Part shown: positions 30,135 to 40,677 of the stretch, piece by piece
Layout of the letters: each line of letters starts with the position of its first letter
Numbering within the stretch: the first letter of the stretch is position 1
DNA from: an uncultured Acidobacteriota bacterium
GTDB lineage: Bacteria; Acidobacteriota; Thermoanaerobaculia; Multivoradales; UBA5704
NCBI GenBank assembly: GCA_963770895.1
Contig: CAVYRF010000002.1
Coordinates: forward strand, 4,256,001-4,320,000
Direction of reading: 5' to 3'
DNA length: 64,000 bases
Translations under genes and position numbers: made by a program
The notes under the pieces: generated by a model
Told to the model about the DNA's origin: nothing
Database searches by the model: none
The model's input: only the letters and a program-made list of their open reading frames with translations

Positions 30135-31982
30135 ATGAGCGCGCAAGGAGACGTCCCGCGTAGGCTGCACCGGCTGGTTGGGCTGACCGTGGCGGCGGTG
30201 CTGTGCATCTTCGGCGTCGCCGGATCGGCGCCCGGCGGCGCGCTGGCCCAGCCGGCTGGCAGCGGCGCCGGTGCCGCGGGCGCCACGTCTGGCCCGCCGG
30301 CGGCCCAGCTGGCGACGGTCGCGGCCGACTACTGGCGCCACCAGCTGGAGGAGGACCTGGGGACGCGGGTGCGCGAAGGGTTGCCGATCGAGCACCTGCC
30401 CGACCTGTCGCCGGAGTACGCGGAACGCGACGCGGCGTGGGGGCGCGAGCTGCGCGACCGCCTGGCGCGGATCGACGAAGCGGCGCTGGGGCACCAGGAC
30501 TGGCTCACCCTGGAGCTGCTGCGCGAGCAGGCCGAAGAGTCGATCCTGGCGCCGCGGGCGTACTGGCACATCTTCCTGGCGACGCCCTACGACGCGCCGT
30601 TCGGCGGTGTGCACACCGCTCTGGCATCCTGCGCCCTGGCGTCGGCGGACGATCGGGCGCGCTACCTGCGGCTGCTGCACGCCTACGCGGCGATGGTTGC
30701 GCAGCTGCGCCGGCACCTGGAAGGCCAGCGCACGCGCGGCATCCTGCTGCCGAAGGCCGAGGTGGACGCGGTGGTCGCCATGCTCAGGGCGTACGCGCAG
30801 CCCGGCGCGGCCAGCCCGGTGGCGGTCGCTGCCGACCGGCTGAGGGGGGTGGATGCCCAGGCGGCCGCGGCATTGCAGGCGGCGGTCGAGCACACCGTCG
30901 CGGGCGAGATCGATCCGGCGTTGACCGCCCTGGCGGACCAGCTGGCGGGCGACTATCGCCAGCAGGCGCCCGACCGCATCGGCATCGGCCAGTATCCGGG
31001 CGGCGCCGCCGCGTATCGCGCGATGATCTGGGTGCGCACGGGCTTCGACCTGCCGCCCGAGGAGATCCACCGCCGCGGTGTCGCCGAGGTCGATCGGCTG
31101 TCGCAGCGCATGGCGGAGGTGCGCCAGAAGCTGGGGTTTTCCGGTACGGCGCGCGAGTTCAACCAGCGCCTGCGCAGCGATCCGCGGTTTCTGGCGCGCA
31201 CCCCCGAAGAGGTCGCCGAACGGCTGATGGCGCCGGTGCGGCGCATCGAGCCGAAGATCCCCAACTGGTTCCTGACCACGCCCAAGGCCGCCTACGGCGT
31301 CGCGCCGCTGCCGGCCGCGATGAAGGGCATGACGTTCGGCTACTACCAGACGCCGACGCCGGCGCAGACGCGCGGCCTGTACCTGTTCAATGCCAGCCAG
31401 CTGGACCAGCGGCCGCTGGTGTGGGCGGCGCCGCTGATCTATCACGAGCTGGTGCCGGGGCATCATTTCCAGCTGGCGTTGCAGGCCGAAAACCAGGACC
31501 TGCCGATGTTCCGGCGCTACCTGTTTCACACCTCCTTCGTCGAGGGCTGGGGTGAATACGCTTCCAACCTGGGCGAAGAGATGGGGCTGTACGACGATCC
31601 GTACACGCTCTACGGCCGCCTTTCCATGGACATCTTTCTGTCCAGCCGCCTGGTGGTGGACACCGGGTTGAATGCCATGGGGTGGACGCGCGAGCAGGCC
31701 GTCGCCTACATGCGGGAGCGCCTGTTGCAGTCCGACGCCGAGATCGATTCCGAAGTGCTGCGCTACGCCATCGCCATGCCCGCGCAGGCGCTGGCCTACA
31801 AGCTGGGAGCCAGCAACATCGAAGAGCTGCGCCGCCACGCGGAGACGGCGCTCGGCCCGCGCTTCGACGTGCGCCGCTTCCACGATGCGGTGCTGGGCAG
31901 CGGTTCGCTGCCGCCGCAAATCCTGGCCCGGCACGTCGACTGGTGGATCGCCCAGGTCAAGGCGCAGGGAGCGGCACACTAG
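30135..31982 (+). CDS. DUF885 family exported protein
   Basis: Signal peptide; EEIHRRGVAEV, YHELVPGHHFQ, FVEGWGEYA, RLVVDTGL, PAQALAYKLG, FDVRRFHD. Confidence 0.9.
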   Translation: MSAQGDVPRRLHRLVGLTVAAVLCIFGVAGSAPGGALAQPAGSGAGAAGATSGPPAAQLATVAADYWRHQLEEDLGTRVREGLPIEHLPDLSPEYAERDAAWGRELRDRLARIDEAALGHQDWLTLELLREQAEESILAPRAYWHIFLATPYDAPFGGVHTALASCALASADDRARYLRLLHAYAAMVAQLRRHLEGQRTRGILLPKAEVDAVVAMLRAYAQPGAASPVAVAADRLRGVDAQAAAALQAAVEHTVAGEIDPALTALADQLAGDYRQQAPDRIGIGQYPGGAAAYRAMIWVRTGFDLPPEEIHRRGVAEVDRLSQRMAEVRQKLGFSGTAREFNQRLRSDPRFLARTPEEVAERLMAPVRRIEPKIPNWFLTTPKAAYGVAPLPAAMKGMTFGYYQTPTPAQTRGLYLFNASQLDQRPLVWAAPLIYHELVPGHHFQLALQAENQDLPMFRRYLFHTSFVEGWGEYASNLGEEMGLYDDPYTLYGRLSMDIFLSSRLVVDTGLNAMGWTREQAVAYMRERLLQSDAEIDSEVLRYAIAMPAQALAYKLGASNIEELRRHAETALGPRFDVRRFHDAVLGSGSLPPQILARHVDWWIAQVKAQGAAH

Positions 31983-32011
31983 CCCCCGGCCGTCCGGGGC
32001 ACGATCGCGAT

Positions 32012-32686
32012 GTGAAGCTGCTCCTGATCGAAGATTCGGCGCGCCTGCGCACCGCCCTCCAGCACGGCCTGCGCCGCGCCGGCCACACGGTGGAGGCGGC
32101 CAAGGACGGCCCCGAGGGGCTGGCGCTGGCGATGGCCGGCGACCAGGACGTCATCGTGCTCGACCTCATGCTGCCCGGCATGGACGGGCTGACGGTGTTG
32201 CGCCGCCTGCGCGCGCAGGGCAAGACCACCCACGTCCTGATCCTGTCGGCCCGGGACCTGGTCGAGGACCGGGTGCAGGGCCTCCGCCTGGGCGCCGACG
32301 ACTACCTGGTCAAGCCGTTTTCCTTCGACGAATTGCAGGCTCGCCTGGAAGCGCTGGCGCGGCGCACCTATCACGCGAAAAATCCGCTGCTGCGCAAGGG
32401 TGCCTTGGCGATCGACACCGCCGCCCGCCAGGCCGCCTGCGATGGGCGCGCGGTCAACCTGACGCCGCGCGAATACAGCCTGCTGGAGCTGCTGGTCGTG
32501 CGCTGCGGCGAGGTGCTGAGCCGCAAGGAGCTGGGCGAGCGGCTGTACGCGGTCGATCGCCAGGTCACCAGCAACGTCGTCGACGTGCTGATCCATTCGC
32601 TGCGCCGCAAGCTCAACCCCGAGCATCCGCAACGTTTCATCCAGACCCGCCGCGGCCTGGGCTACATGATCGAGGACGTGCCGTGA
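32012..32686 (+). CDS. OmpR-family response regulator
   Basis: LLLIEDS, IVLDLMLPGMDG, GADDYLVKPF, LTPREY, NVVDVLIHSLRRK, IQTRRGLGY. Confidence 0.93.
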   Translation: MKLLLIEDSARLRTALQHGLRRAGHTVEAAKDGPEGLALAMAGDQDVIVLDLMLPGMDGLTVLRRLRAQGKTTHVLILSARDLVEDRVQGLRLGADDYLVKPFSFDELQARLEALARRTYHAKNPLLRKGALAIDTAARQAACDGRAVNLTPREYSLLELLVVRCGEVLSRKELGERLYAVDRQVTSNVVDVLIHSLRRKLNPEHPQRFIQTRRGLGYMIEDVP

Positions 32687-34116
32687 GGTCGCTGCGCGGC
32701 CGCCTGAGCGTCTGGCTGCTGGCGGGCACCGGCCTGCTGCTGGCCGGCGGCGGTCTGTTCCTGGATTGGACGATCCGTTCCCAGGTGCGGCAGGACTTCG
32801 ACGGCGGCCTGCTGGCCGAGGCGCGCTCGATGATGGCGGTGACCGAGCAGGAGGGGCACGCGATCTCGGTCGAGCTGAGCCCGGGGCTGATGCCGGAGTT
32901 CGACGCCGGCCGCCAGCGCCCCGACTACTACCAGGTCTGGGTCGACGGCGGGCGCGTGCTGGCGCGCTCGGCGTCGCTCCGCGGCGCCACGTTGCCGCGG
33001 TCGCCCGCGGTTTCGGGCAATCCCCGGTTCGCCGACCTGGTGCTGCCCGACGGCCGGCCGGGCCGCTCGGTGCAGGTCACCTTCCAGCCGCAGATCGAGC
33101 CGGACGACGAGCGCGAAACGGCGCGCCTGGGCGGGCACCCCGTGCGCCTGGCCGCGACGCTGGTGGTCGCCCGCGGCAGCGAGGCCCGCGATGCGTTCCT
33201 GGCTTCCTTCCACTGGACCCTGGTGCTGTTCGGCGCCGGCCTGCTGCTGGGCAGCGCCCTCCTGGTGTGGGCGGTGACGCAGTTGGCGCTGCGGCCGCTG
33301 GACGACCTGGCCCGCCGGCTGCGCGCCATGGACGCCGGCTCGTTGGGGGAGCCGCTGGCGATCGCCGGCGCGCCGAGCGAGCTGCTGCCCACGATCGCCC
33401 ACCTGGACGACCTGCTGGCGCGGCTTGCCGCATCGTTCGAGCGCGAACGGACGTTTTCCGCCAACGTCGCGCACGAGCTGCGGACGCCGCTCGCGGAGCT
33501 GCGCACCGTCAGCGAGGTGGCGCTGCGCTGGCAGGGTGACGCCGCCGCCTTGCGTGCCGCGCTCGCCGAGGTGCACGGCGTCGGGCTGCAGATGGAAAGG
33601 GTGGTCGTCAACCTGCTGGCGCTGGCCCGTTGCGACAGCGGCCAGCATCGCGTGCACACGTCGCGGGTGGAGCTGCGCGATACGGTCGAACGCTCCTGGC
33701 GTTGCGCCGCCGCCGAAGCGACCCCCGGCGGCGCCAGGGCGGCGCTGGAGGTCCCGGCAGGGCTCGCCATCGTCACCGACCCGGAAAAGCTGGAGCTGAT
33801 CCTTGCCAACCTTTTCGCCAACGCCATCGCCTACGGCGTCGCCGGCGAACCGATCACCTGCGCCGCGGGCGCGGCGGACGGCAGGTTTCACCTGAGCGTT
33901 TCCAACCGCACGGCGGAGCTGGCGCCGCAGGACCTGCCGCACCTGTTCGACCGCTTCTGGCGCAAGGACCAGGCGCGCTCCGACGGCGGACACGCCGGCC
34001 TGGGGCTCAGCCTGGTCGCCGCCCTCTGCGAGCTGCTTGGCTTTGCACGCGCGGCGCGCCTGGAGGGCGACGTCTTCCAGGTCGTCGTCAGCGGTCCCTT
34101 GCATGGCAAGTATTAA
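32683..34116 (+). CDS. Sensor histidine kinase (2 TM, HAMP, HisKA, HATPase)
   Basis: FSANVAHELRTPL, NLFANAIAY, LFDRFWR, HAGLGLSLV; GTGA overlap with the regulator. Confidence 0.92.
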   Translation: MRSLRGRLSVWLLAGTGLLLAGGGLFLDWTIRSQVRQDFDGGLLAEARSMMAVTEQEGHAISVELSPGLMPEFDAGRQRPDYYQVWVDGGRVLARSASLRGATLPRSPAVSGNPRFADLVLPDGRPGRSVQVTFQPQIEPDDERETARLGGHPVRLAATLVVARGSEARDAFLASFHWTLVLFGAGLLLGSALLVWAVTQLALRPLDDLARRLRAMDAGSLGEPLAIAGAPSELLPTIAHLDDLLARLAASFERERTFSANVAHELRTPLAELRTVSEVALRWQGDAAALRAALAEVHGVGLQMERVVVNLLALARCDSGQHRVHTSRVELRDTVERSWRCAAAEATPGGARAALEVPAGLAIVTDPEKLELILANLFANAIAYGVAGEPITCAAGAADGRFHLSVSNRTAELAPQDLPHLFDRFWRKDQARSDGGHAGLGLSLVAALCELLGFARAARLEGDVFQVVVSGPLHGKY

Positions 34117-34144
34117 GGGATGATGAAGACGCAGCGCTTTTTTC

Positions 34145-35407
34145 TTGACCGCGGCAGCCGCCGGCACCAGAGTGGCATGCGTGCGCGCTCGACTTCTCCG
34201 CGTTCTCCTTGGCGCCAACGTGTGGTTGGCAATGGCATCCTTCGGCTGGGCGCAGGAGCCGGCGCGCACACCCATGACCCTGGACCAGGCGCTGTCCGCG
34301 GCGCTTGCCGCCAGCCCCGCGCTGGCCGCGGCGCGCCTGGGCCGCGCGGAGGCGGCGGCGCGCAAGGACGTCGCGCGCCAGCGTCCCAATCCGGAGCTGT
34401 CGCTTGAGGAGGCGCGGGATACTCCGCGCGACGTAGCAACCCTGTCGCTGCCGCTGGAACGCGGCGGCAAGCGGCAGCGCCGGATGGCGCTGGCGGCGGC
34501 GCAGGCGCAGAGCGGCGAAGCGGAGATCGCCCGCCTGACCGTGGACGTCCGCAATCAGACGCGCCGGGCCTATTTCGCGCTGGCCGCCGCGGAGCAGCGC
34601 GCCGCCGAAACGGCGGCGCTGCAACAGTTCGCCGCCCGCGCCAGCGCCGCCGCCCGCGCCCGCTTCGAAGCCGGCGACGTCCCGCGGCTGGACGTGCTCC
34701 AGGCCGAGCTGGCGGCGGAGCAGGCGGCGGGCGAAAGCGACAAGAGCCGCGGCCTCCTGGCGCGCGCGCGCGCCGACCTGGCGACGCTCCTGGGCCGGCC
34801 GCCCGAGGTACCGCTGGACGCGAGCGACGGGCTCGACTCCGGCCGCGTGCCGCCGGTCGGCGAGGCCGTCGACCTGAGCGTGCGATCGAGCGCCGAGCTG
34901 GCGGTGCTCGACCTGGGGATCGTCCAGCAGCAGGCGCAGGTGGCGCTGGCGCGCGCCGAAGCGGTGCCGGACGTGACCGCGGCCGCCGGGGTCACCCACC
35001 ACGACCCGCCCAACTTCGATTGGGGCTGGCGCGGCGGCCTCACCTTTACGCTGCCGATCTTCACCCAGCACCGCGCCCTGGCGCAGCTGGAAGAGGCGAC
35101 GCTGGCGCGGCTGCAGGCGGAGCGCGAGGCCGCCGCGACGCGGCTGCGCGGCGAAGTCTTCGCCGCCGCCACCAGCGCCCTGGTGCAGCGCCAGGCCTAC
35201 CTGCGCTATCGCGACGTGATCCTGCCCCACGTCGCGGAGGTGGAAGGGATGGCCGAAGACTCCTACCGCTCCGGCCAGACCGGCCTGGCGCCGCTGCTGC
35301 AAAGCCTGCAGACGGCGCGCGACCTGCGCCTGCAGGCGGTCCAGGCGGGGCTGGACTATCAAATCGCGCTCGCCGACCTGGAGCGGGCGATGGGAGCGCC
35401 GCTGTGA
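34145..35407 (+). CDS. TolC-family outer membrane efflux protein (CzcC-like)
   Basis: MTLDQALSAAL...SP, RPNPELSL, LPLERGGKR, ARFEAGDV, SYRSGQ. Exact start uncertain. Confidence 0.85.
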   Translation: MTAAAAGTRVACVRARLLRVLLGANVWLAMASFGWAQEPARTPMTLDQALSAALAASPALAAARLGRAEAAARKDVARQRPNPELSLEEARDTPRDVATLSLPLERGGKRQRRMALAAAQAQSGEAEIARLTVDVRNQTRRAYFALAAAEQRAAETAALQQFAARASAAARARFEAGDVPRLDVLQAELAAEQAAGESDKSRGLLARARADLATLLGRPPEVPLDASDGLDSGRVPPVGEAVDLSVRSSAELAVLDLGIVQQQAQVALARAEAVPDVTAAAGVTHHDPPNFDWGWRGGLTFTLPIFTQHRALAQLEEATLARLQAEREAAATRLRGEVFAAATSALVQRQAYLRYRDVILPHVAEVEGMAEDSYRSGQTGLAPLLQSLQTARDLRLQAVQAGLDYQIALADLERAMGAPL

Positions 35408-36522
35408 AGAGCCCGAAGGTCCCTGCCGCGGCCGCCCTGCAGGTGGGGCTGCTGCTGCTCGCCGCCTGCCACCACCCCGCCACCGAAGCCATCGACACCC
35501 AGGAGTCCGTGCCCGTCGCGGTCGCCACGGCGCACGCCGGCCGCATCCGCGCCGTGGTGCCCGCCACCGGCCAGGTCAAGCCCGCCGCCGGCGCGGATTT
35601 CCAGGTGGTGCCGCCGCAGCAGGCGCGCATCGCGGAGATGCCCAGGCTGGTGGGGGACCGCGTGCGCCGCGGCGACCTGCTGGTCCGCTTCGACATCCCC
35701 AGCCTGGCCGCGGACGCCGCCGCGCGGCAGTCGGACCTGCAGCGCGGGCAGGCCCAGCTGGAGACGGCGCGCCAGAACCTCACCCGCCTGTCCGGGCTCA
35801 ACGACCGCGGCATCGCCTCCCGCAAGGAGGTCGAGGACGCCCGCCGCGACGTCGCCCAGGCCGAGGCGACGGTGGCCGAGGCGCGCACCGCCGTCGCCAT
35901 GGCCGACCGGCTGGGCGAGCGCGCCGTGGTGCGCTCGCCCTTCGCCGGCGTCGTCATCGCCCGCGCGCAGCACCAGGCGGGGGACCTGGTCGACGCCGGC
36001 GCCGCCGAGCCGCTGCTGCGCGTCATCGATCCCTCCCGGCTGCAGGTCGACGCCGCGGTGCCCGCCGGCGACCTGGGGCGCATCGCCGCCGGCAGCCCGG
36101 CGCGGGTGCGCGGCGGCGCCTTTGCCGACGAGACGGCGCGCGTCCTCGCCGCGCCCGCGGCCGTCGACCCGGCCACCGGCACCGCCCCGGTGCGGCTGGC
36201 CTTCGACGCCCCCACCCGGCGGCCCGCCGGCCTGCCGGTGGAAGTCGAGATCTACGGCAAGGACCAGGATGCCGCGGTCCTGGTGCCCGCCGAAGCGCTG
36301 GTGCAGGAGGGGCAGCACAGCGTGGTCTTCACCGTGGACGGCCAGAAGAAAGCCCACCGGCGCCAGGTGACGGTCGGCGTCGTCGCCGGCGGCCAGGCCG
36401 AGATCACCGCCGGCGTCAAGGCCGGCGAAGCCGTCGTGGTGCGCGGCCAGACCTCGCTGCCGGACGGCGCCGCCGTCGAAGTCGCGGCGGAGACCCCGCC
36501 GCCCGCGGAGCCGGCTCCGTGA
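35404..36522 (+). CDS. RND efflux periplasmic adaptor (MFP), lipoprotein
   Basis: Lipobox LAAC; GDRVRRGDLL, VRSPFAGVV, VLVPAEAL, GVKAGEAVVVRG. Confidence 0.88.
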   Translation: MKSPKVPAAAALQVGLLLLAACHHPATEAIDTQESVPVAVATAHAGRIRAVVPATGQVKPAAGADFQVVPPQQARIAEMPRLVGDRVRRGDLLVRFDIPSLAADAAARQSDLQRGQAQLETARQNLTRLSGLNDRGIASRKEVEDARRDVAQAEATVAEARTAVAMADRLGERAVVRSPFAGVVIARAQHQAGDLVDAGAAEPLLRVIDPSRLQVDAAVPAGDLGRIAAGSPARVRGGAFADETARVLAAPAAVDPATGTAPVRLAFDAPTRRPAGLPVEVEIYGKDQDAAVLVPAEALVQEGQHSVVFTVDGQKKAHRRQVTVGVVAGGQAEITAGVKAGEAVVVRGQTSLPDGAAVEVAAETPPPAEPAP

Positions 36523-39500
36523 GCCTGGCCGCCGTCTCCCTGCGCCAGGGGCGGGCGATCGTCCTGATCACGTTGCTGGTCGCCGCGGCCGGCGCCCTGG
36601 TGCTGCCCGGCCTGCCGAGCGACATCTATCCGCCGCTGCAGTTCCCGCGCCTGGTGGTGATCGCGCACTCGGGGTCGCTGCCGGCGCGCACGATGATGGT
36701 GGGGGTGACGCGGCCGATCGAGCAGGTGGCCATGGAGATCCCCGGCATCCGCCGGGTGCGGTCGCGCACCTTTCGCGGCTCGAGCGAGATCTCGGCCCAG
36801 TTCGCGCCCGGCACCGAGATGGCGGGCGCCCTCCAGCAGCTGCAGAACCGCGTCGCCGAAGTGCGCGGCGACCTGCCGGCGGACACCGAGCTGACCGTCG
36901 AGCGGCTGACCGTTTCCGCCTTCCCGATGCTGAGCCTGAATTTGACCGGCGGCCTGCCGATCCCCGACCTGTACGACGACGCCTTCTACTACATCCGCCC
37001 GGCGCTGGCGCGCGTGCCGGGAGTGGGGCGGGTCGAGGTCGCGGCGAGCGACACGCGCGAGATCGAGGTGGTTGCCGACCCCGGCCGCCTGCTCGCCGCG
37101 AGTCTCACCGTGGACGACGTGGCCGCCGCGTTGCGCGCCTCCAACCGCCTGGCGCCGGTGGGGCGCTACGCCGCCGGCGGCCTGGAGCACCTGGTGCTCG
37201 CCTCCGCGCTCTGGGACTCGGCCGGCGAGATCGCCCGCACGCCGGTCGCCAGCCGCGCCGGCACGACGATCCGGGTTGCCGACGTGGCGCAGGTCTTCCC
37301 CGGTTCGCCGGACCGCACCGCCCTGGTCACCGGCAACGGCCAGGACGCGGCGGTGGTCAGCGTGTCGCAGCAGCCGGGGGCGAGCATCCTGGACGTCAAG
37401 GCGGGCATCGAGCAGACCCTTGGCGACGTCTCGCGCACCCTCCCCTCGGGCTTGCGGCTGTCCAAAGTCTACGATCTGGCGGAGTTCGTCGCCACCGCGA
37501 TCGCCAACGTGCGCGACGCCATCCTCATCGGCGGCGCGCTGGCCGTCCTGGTGCTGCTGCTCTTCCTGCGCGACTGGCGGGTGACCCTGATCGCGGCGGC
37601 GACGCTGCCGTTGACCGTGCTGGCCACGTTCCTGTTCATGAAACTGTTCGGCGAATCGATCAATCTCATGTCGATGGGCGGCCTGGCGGTCGCCATCGGG
37701 TTGGTGATCGACGACGCCGTGGTGATGGTCGAAAACATCCACCGGCGGCTGCGCGGCGGCCAGGGGGAGGGGGCGATCGCGGCGGCGACGGAGGAGCTGA
37801 TCGCGCCGGTGGTGGGCTCGACGCTGACCACGGTGGTGGTGCTGGCGCCGCTCGGTTTTCTGTCCGGCGTCGTGGGGCAGTTCTTTCGCGCCCTGTCGCT
37901 GACCCTGTCGGTGTCGGTGCTGGTGTCGCTCGCCCTGTCGCTGACCCTGATTCCGCTGCTGTCTCACCTGGCCTTCCGCGGCGGCGACCACGCCCGGCAG
38001 GAGCGACCGGCGTGGTGGGAACGCGGCTACGCGCGGGCGCTCGCCACCTCGGTGCGCCGCCCGTGGCTGGGCGTCGCCGCCGCGTGCGGGCTGGCGGTCG
38101 CGGGCTGGGCGCTGTACCGCGGCATGCCGAGCGGCTTTCTGCCTCCCATGGACGAGGGGGGCTTCGTCATCGACTGCCTGACGCCTCCCGGCACCTCGCT
38201 GGCCGAGACCGACGGGCTGGTGCGCAGGATCGAGGCCGAGCTGGGCAAGACGCCCGAGGTCGCCGCCTTTTCGCGCCGCACCGGGGCCGAGCTGGGCCTC
38301 TACGCCACGCAGCCCAACAAGGGCGACATCCTGGTGCGGCTCAAGCCCCGCGCGCAGCGCCGCCGCAGCGCGCAGCAGGTGATCGCGGACCTGCGGCCGC
38401 GGCTCGCCGACGCCGCGCCCGGCGTCGACCTTGAGTTCGCCCAGCTGCTGCAGGACATGCTCGGCGACCTGGAGGGGGCCTCGGACCCGCTGGAAGTGAA
38501 GATCTTCGGCGACGACTCGGCCACCCTGGCGGCGCTCGCCGGCCAGGCGCAGGAGCAGATGGCATCCGTCAAGGGCGTGGTCGACCTGGTGGGACCGCAG
38601 CGCGGCGCGCCCGAAACCACCTGGCAGATCGACCCCCAGGCCGCCGGCCGCGCCGGGCTGACGGTCGAGCAGATCCAGGCGCGGCTCGCCAGCGCCTGGC
38701 TGGGCGACGTCGCCAGCAGCCTGCAGGTGGGCGACCGCAGCATCCCGGTACGGGTGCGCTACCCCGACCCCGACCGCTTCGACCCTGCCCGCCTGGCCGC
38801 GACGACGCTGCGCGGCGCCGACGGGCAGCTGGTGCCGCTGGCGTCGCTGGCGCGGCCGGTCCAGGCCACCGGCTACGGCGAGCTGACGCGCGAAAACCTG
38901 CGCCAGGTGGCGCTGGTGACGGCGCGTCTGGAAGGGCGCGACCTGGGCAGCGCCGCGGCCGAAGTGCAGCAGCGTCTGGGCCGGCTGAAGCTGCCGGTGG
39001 GCTATGCGGTCGAGGTGGGGGGCCAGTCCGAATCCCAGCGCCAGGCCTTCCGCGAGCTGCTGCTGGTCTTCGGCACCGCTGCGGCCCTGGTGCTGCTGGT
39101 CCTGGTCGTCCAGTTCAGGGCGGTGCTGCCGGCGGCCATCCTGCTGGTCGCCTCGCCGCTGTCGTTCGGCGGCGCCTTCGTGCTGCTCCGCCTGGCCGGT
39201 TCGGAGCTCGACGTCTCGTCGGCGATGGGCCTGATCCTGCTGGTGGGGCTGGCGGTCAAGAACGGCATCGTCATGCTCGACTACGCCCACCGCCTGGCCG
39301 CCCAGGGGGAGCCGTTCGCCGACGCCGTGGCGCACGCGGCGCGCGTGCGCCTGCGGCCGATCCTGATGACCACCCTGTGTACCCTCTTCGGTCTGCTGCC
39401 GCTCGCCTTGGGGCTGGGCGCCGGCGCCGAGCTGCAGAAGCCGCTCGCCCTGGCGGTGATCGGCGGTCTGGGCCTGTCCACCCTCGTCACCCTGTTCGCA

Positions 39501-39563
39501 GTGCCTTCGGCCTACGTCGCCTTGCGGCGCCGCGGCCCTTCCATCCAGCGGAGGAATCCATGA
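36519..39563 (+). CDS. RND efflux permease (AcrB/CusA family)
   Basis: 1014 aa; SINLMSMGGLAVAIGLVIDDAVVMVENI, GLAVKNGIVML, RLRPILMTT, KPLALAVIGG. Confidence 0.93.
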   Translation: MSLAAVSLRQGRAIVLITLLVAAAGALVLPGLPSDIYPPLQFPRLVVIAHSGSLPARTMMVGVTRPIEQVAMEIPGIRRVRSRTFRGSSEISAQFAPGTEMAGALQQLQNRVAEVRGDLPADTELTVERLTVSAFPMLSLNLTGGLPIPDLYDDAFYYIRPALARVPGVGRVEVAASDTREIEVVADPGRLLAASLTVDDVAAALRASNRLAPVGRYAAGGLEHLVLASALWDSAGEIARTPVASRAGTTIRVADVAQVFPGSPDRTALVTGNGQDAAVVSVSQQPGASILDVKAGIEQTLGDVSRTLPSGLRLSKVYDLAEFVATAIANVRDAILIGGALAVLVLLLFLRDWRVTLIAAATLPLTVLATFLFMKLFGESINLMSMGGLAVAIGLVIDDAVVMVENIHRRLRGGQGEGAIAAATEELIAPVVGSTLTTVVVLAPLGFLSGVVGQFFRALSLTLSVSVLVSLALSLTLIPLLSHLAFRGGDHARQERPAWWERGYARALATSVRRPWLGVAAACGLAVAGWALYRGMPSGFLPPMDEGGFVIDCLTPPGTSLAETDGLVRRIEAELGKTPEVAAFSRRTGAELGLYATQPNKGDILVRLKPRAQRRRSAQQVIADLRPRLADAAPGVDLEFAQLLQDMLGDLEGASDPLEVKIFGDDSATLAALAGQAQEQMASVKGVVDLVGPQRGAPETTWQIDPQAAGRAGLTVEQIQARLASAWLGDVASSLQVGDRSIPVRVRYPDPDRFDPARLAATTLRGADGQLVPLASLARPVQATGYGELTRENLRQVALVTARLEGRDLGSAAAEVQQRLGRLKLPVGYAVEVGGQSESQRQAFRELLLVFGTAAALVLLVLVVQFRAVLPAAILLVASPLSFGGAFVLLRLAGSELDVSSAMGLILLVGLAVKNGIVMLDYAHRLAAQGEPFADAVAHAARVRLRPILMTTLCTLFGLLPLALGLGAGAELQKPLALAVIGGLGLSTLVTLFAVPSAYVALRRRGPSIQRRNP

Positions 39564-40657
39564 ATCGATTTGTGACCTTGACCGCCGTCGTCGTCGCCGG
39601 CGGCACGCTCAGCCTGGCTCCCGTCCACGCCGCCGCGCCCCCCAAGGCGGCGGGCGACCCTGCCGCCGAAGCCGCCGCATCCAAGTCGGGCTATCACGTC
39701 GCCAAGGAGATCACGCTGGGCGGCGAAGGCGGCTGGGACTACCTGACCGTCGACGCCGCGGGCCGCCGGCTCTACGTTTCGCACACCAACAAGGTGGAAG
39801 TGGTGGACGTCGACAGCGGCAAGAAGGTGGGCGAGGTGCTCAACCTGTCCGGCGTCCATGGCATCGCCATCGCCGCCGACCTGGGCCGCGGCTTCATCAG
39901 CAACGGCCGCACCTCCACCGTGACGATCTTCGATCTCAAGACGCTCGCCTCCCTGGGGGAGGTCAAGTCGACCGGCGACAACCCGGACGCCATCCTGTAC
40001 GACGCCGCGTCGGCGCAGGTGTTCGCCTTCAACGGCCGCTCCAACAACGCCACCGTGATCGCGGCGAAGACCGGCAAGGTGGTCGGCACGATCCCGCTCG
40101 CCGGCAAGCCCGAGTTTGCCGCCACCGACCTGCAGGGAAGGGTCTACGTCAACCTGGAGGACCGCGGCGAGATCGCCGCCATCGACGCCAAAAGCCTGCA
40201 AGTCAAGGCCCAATGGCCGCTCAAGCCCTGCGAGGAGCCCAGCGGCCTGGCCATCGATCGCAAGCATCGCCGCCTGCTCGCCGGCTGCGGCAACAAGCTC
40301 GCCGCCTTCGTGGACATCGATTCGGGCAAGGTGGTCGCCACCGTTCCCATCGGCGCAGGGATCGACGCCGCGGGCTTCGACCCCGGCACCGATCTCGGCT
40401 TCACTTCGAACGGCAGGGACGCCACCCTGACGGTCATCCGCGAGCAGGACCCCGACCACTTCACCGTGCTCGACAACGTTCCCACCCGGCCGGGCGCCCG
40501 CACCATGGCCCTGGACGAAACCTCGCACACCGTCTACCTGGTGACCGCCCAGTTCGGTCCGCCGCCCGCAGCGACCGCCACCACCCCGCACCCGCGCCCG
40601 GCCGTCCTGCCCAACACCTTCACCATCCTGGTGGTGACCAGGGACGCGACTCCGTAG
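39560..40657 (+). CDS. YncE-family (YVTN-like) beta-propeller exported protein
   Basis: GGAGG RBS, signal peptide, GGEGGWDYLTVD, VHGIAI, NPDAILYD, GARTMALD. Confidence 0.85.
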   Translation: MNRFVTLTAVVVAGGTLSLAPVHAAAPPKAAGDPAAEAAASKSGYHVAKEITLGGEGGWDYLTVDAAGRRLYVSHTNKVEVVDVDSGKKVGEVLNLSGVHGIAIAADLGRGFISNGRTSTVTIFDLKTLASLGEVKSTGDNPDAILYDAASAQVFAFNGRSNNATVIAAKTGKVVGTIPLAGKPEFAATDLQGRVYVNLEDRGEIAAIDAKSLQVKAQWPLKPCEEPSGLAIDRKHRRLLAGCGNKLAAFVDIDSGKVVATVPIGAGIDAAGFDPGTDLGFTSNGRDATLTVIREQDPDHFTVLDNVPTRPGARTMALDETSHTVYLVTAQFGPPPAATATTPHPRPAVLPNTFTILVVTRDATP

Positions 40658-40677
40658 GGCGGGCGGCCGCCAGGCCG

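Noticed and set aside
36252-39335. Long antisense/alternative-frame ORFs (e.g. 1027 aa here, 51664-54900, 51384-54062, 27252-29651, 62270-63922)
   Set aside because: Shadow ORFs expected at high GC. They overlap well-supported genes and lack motifs.
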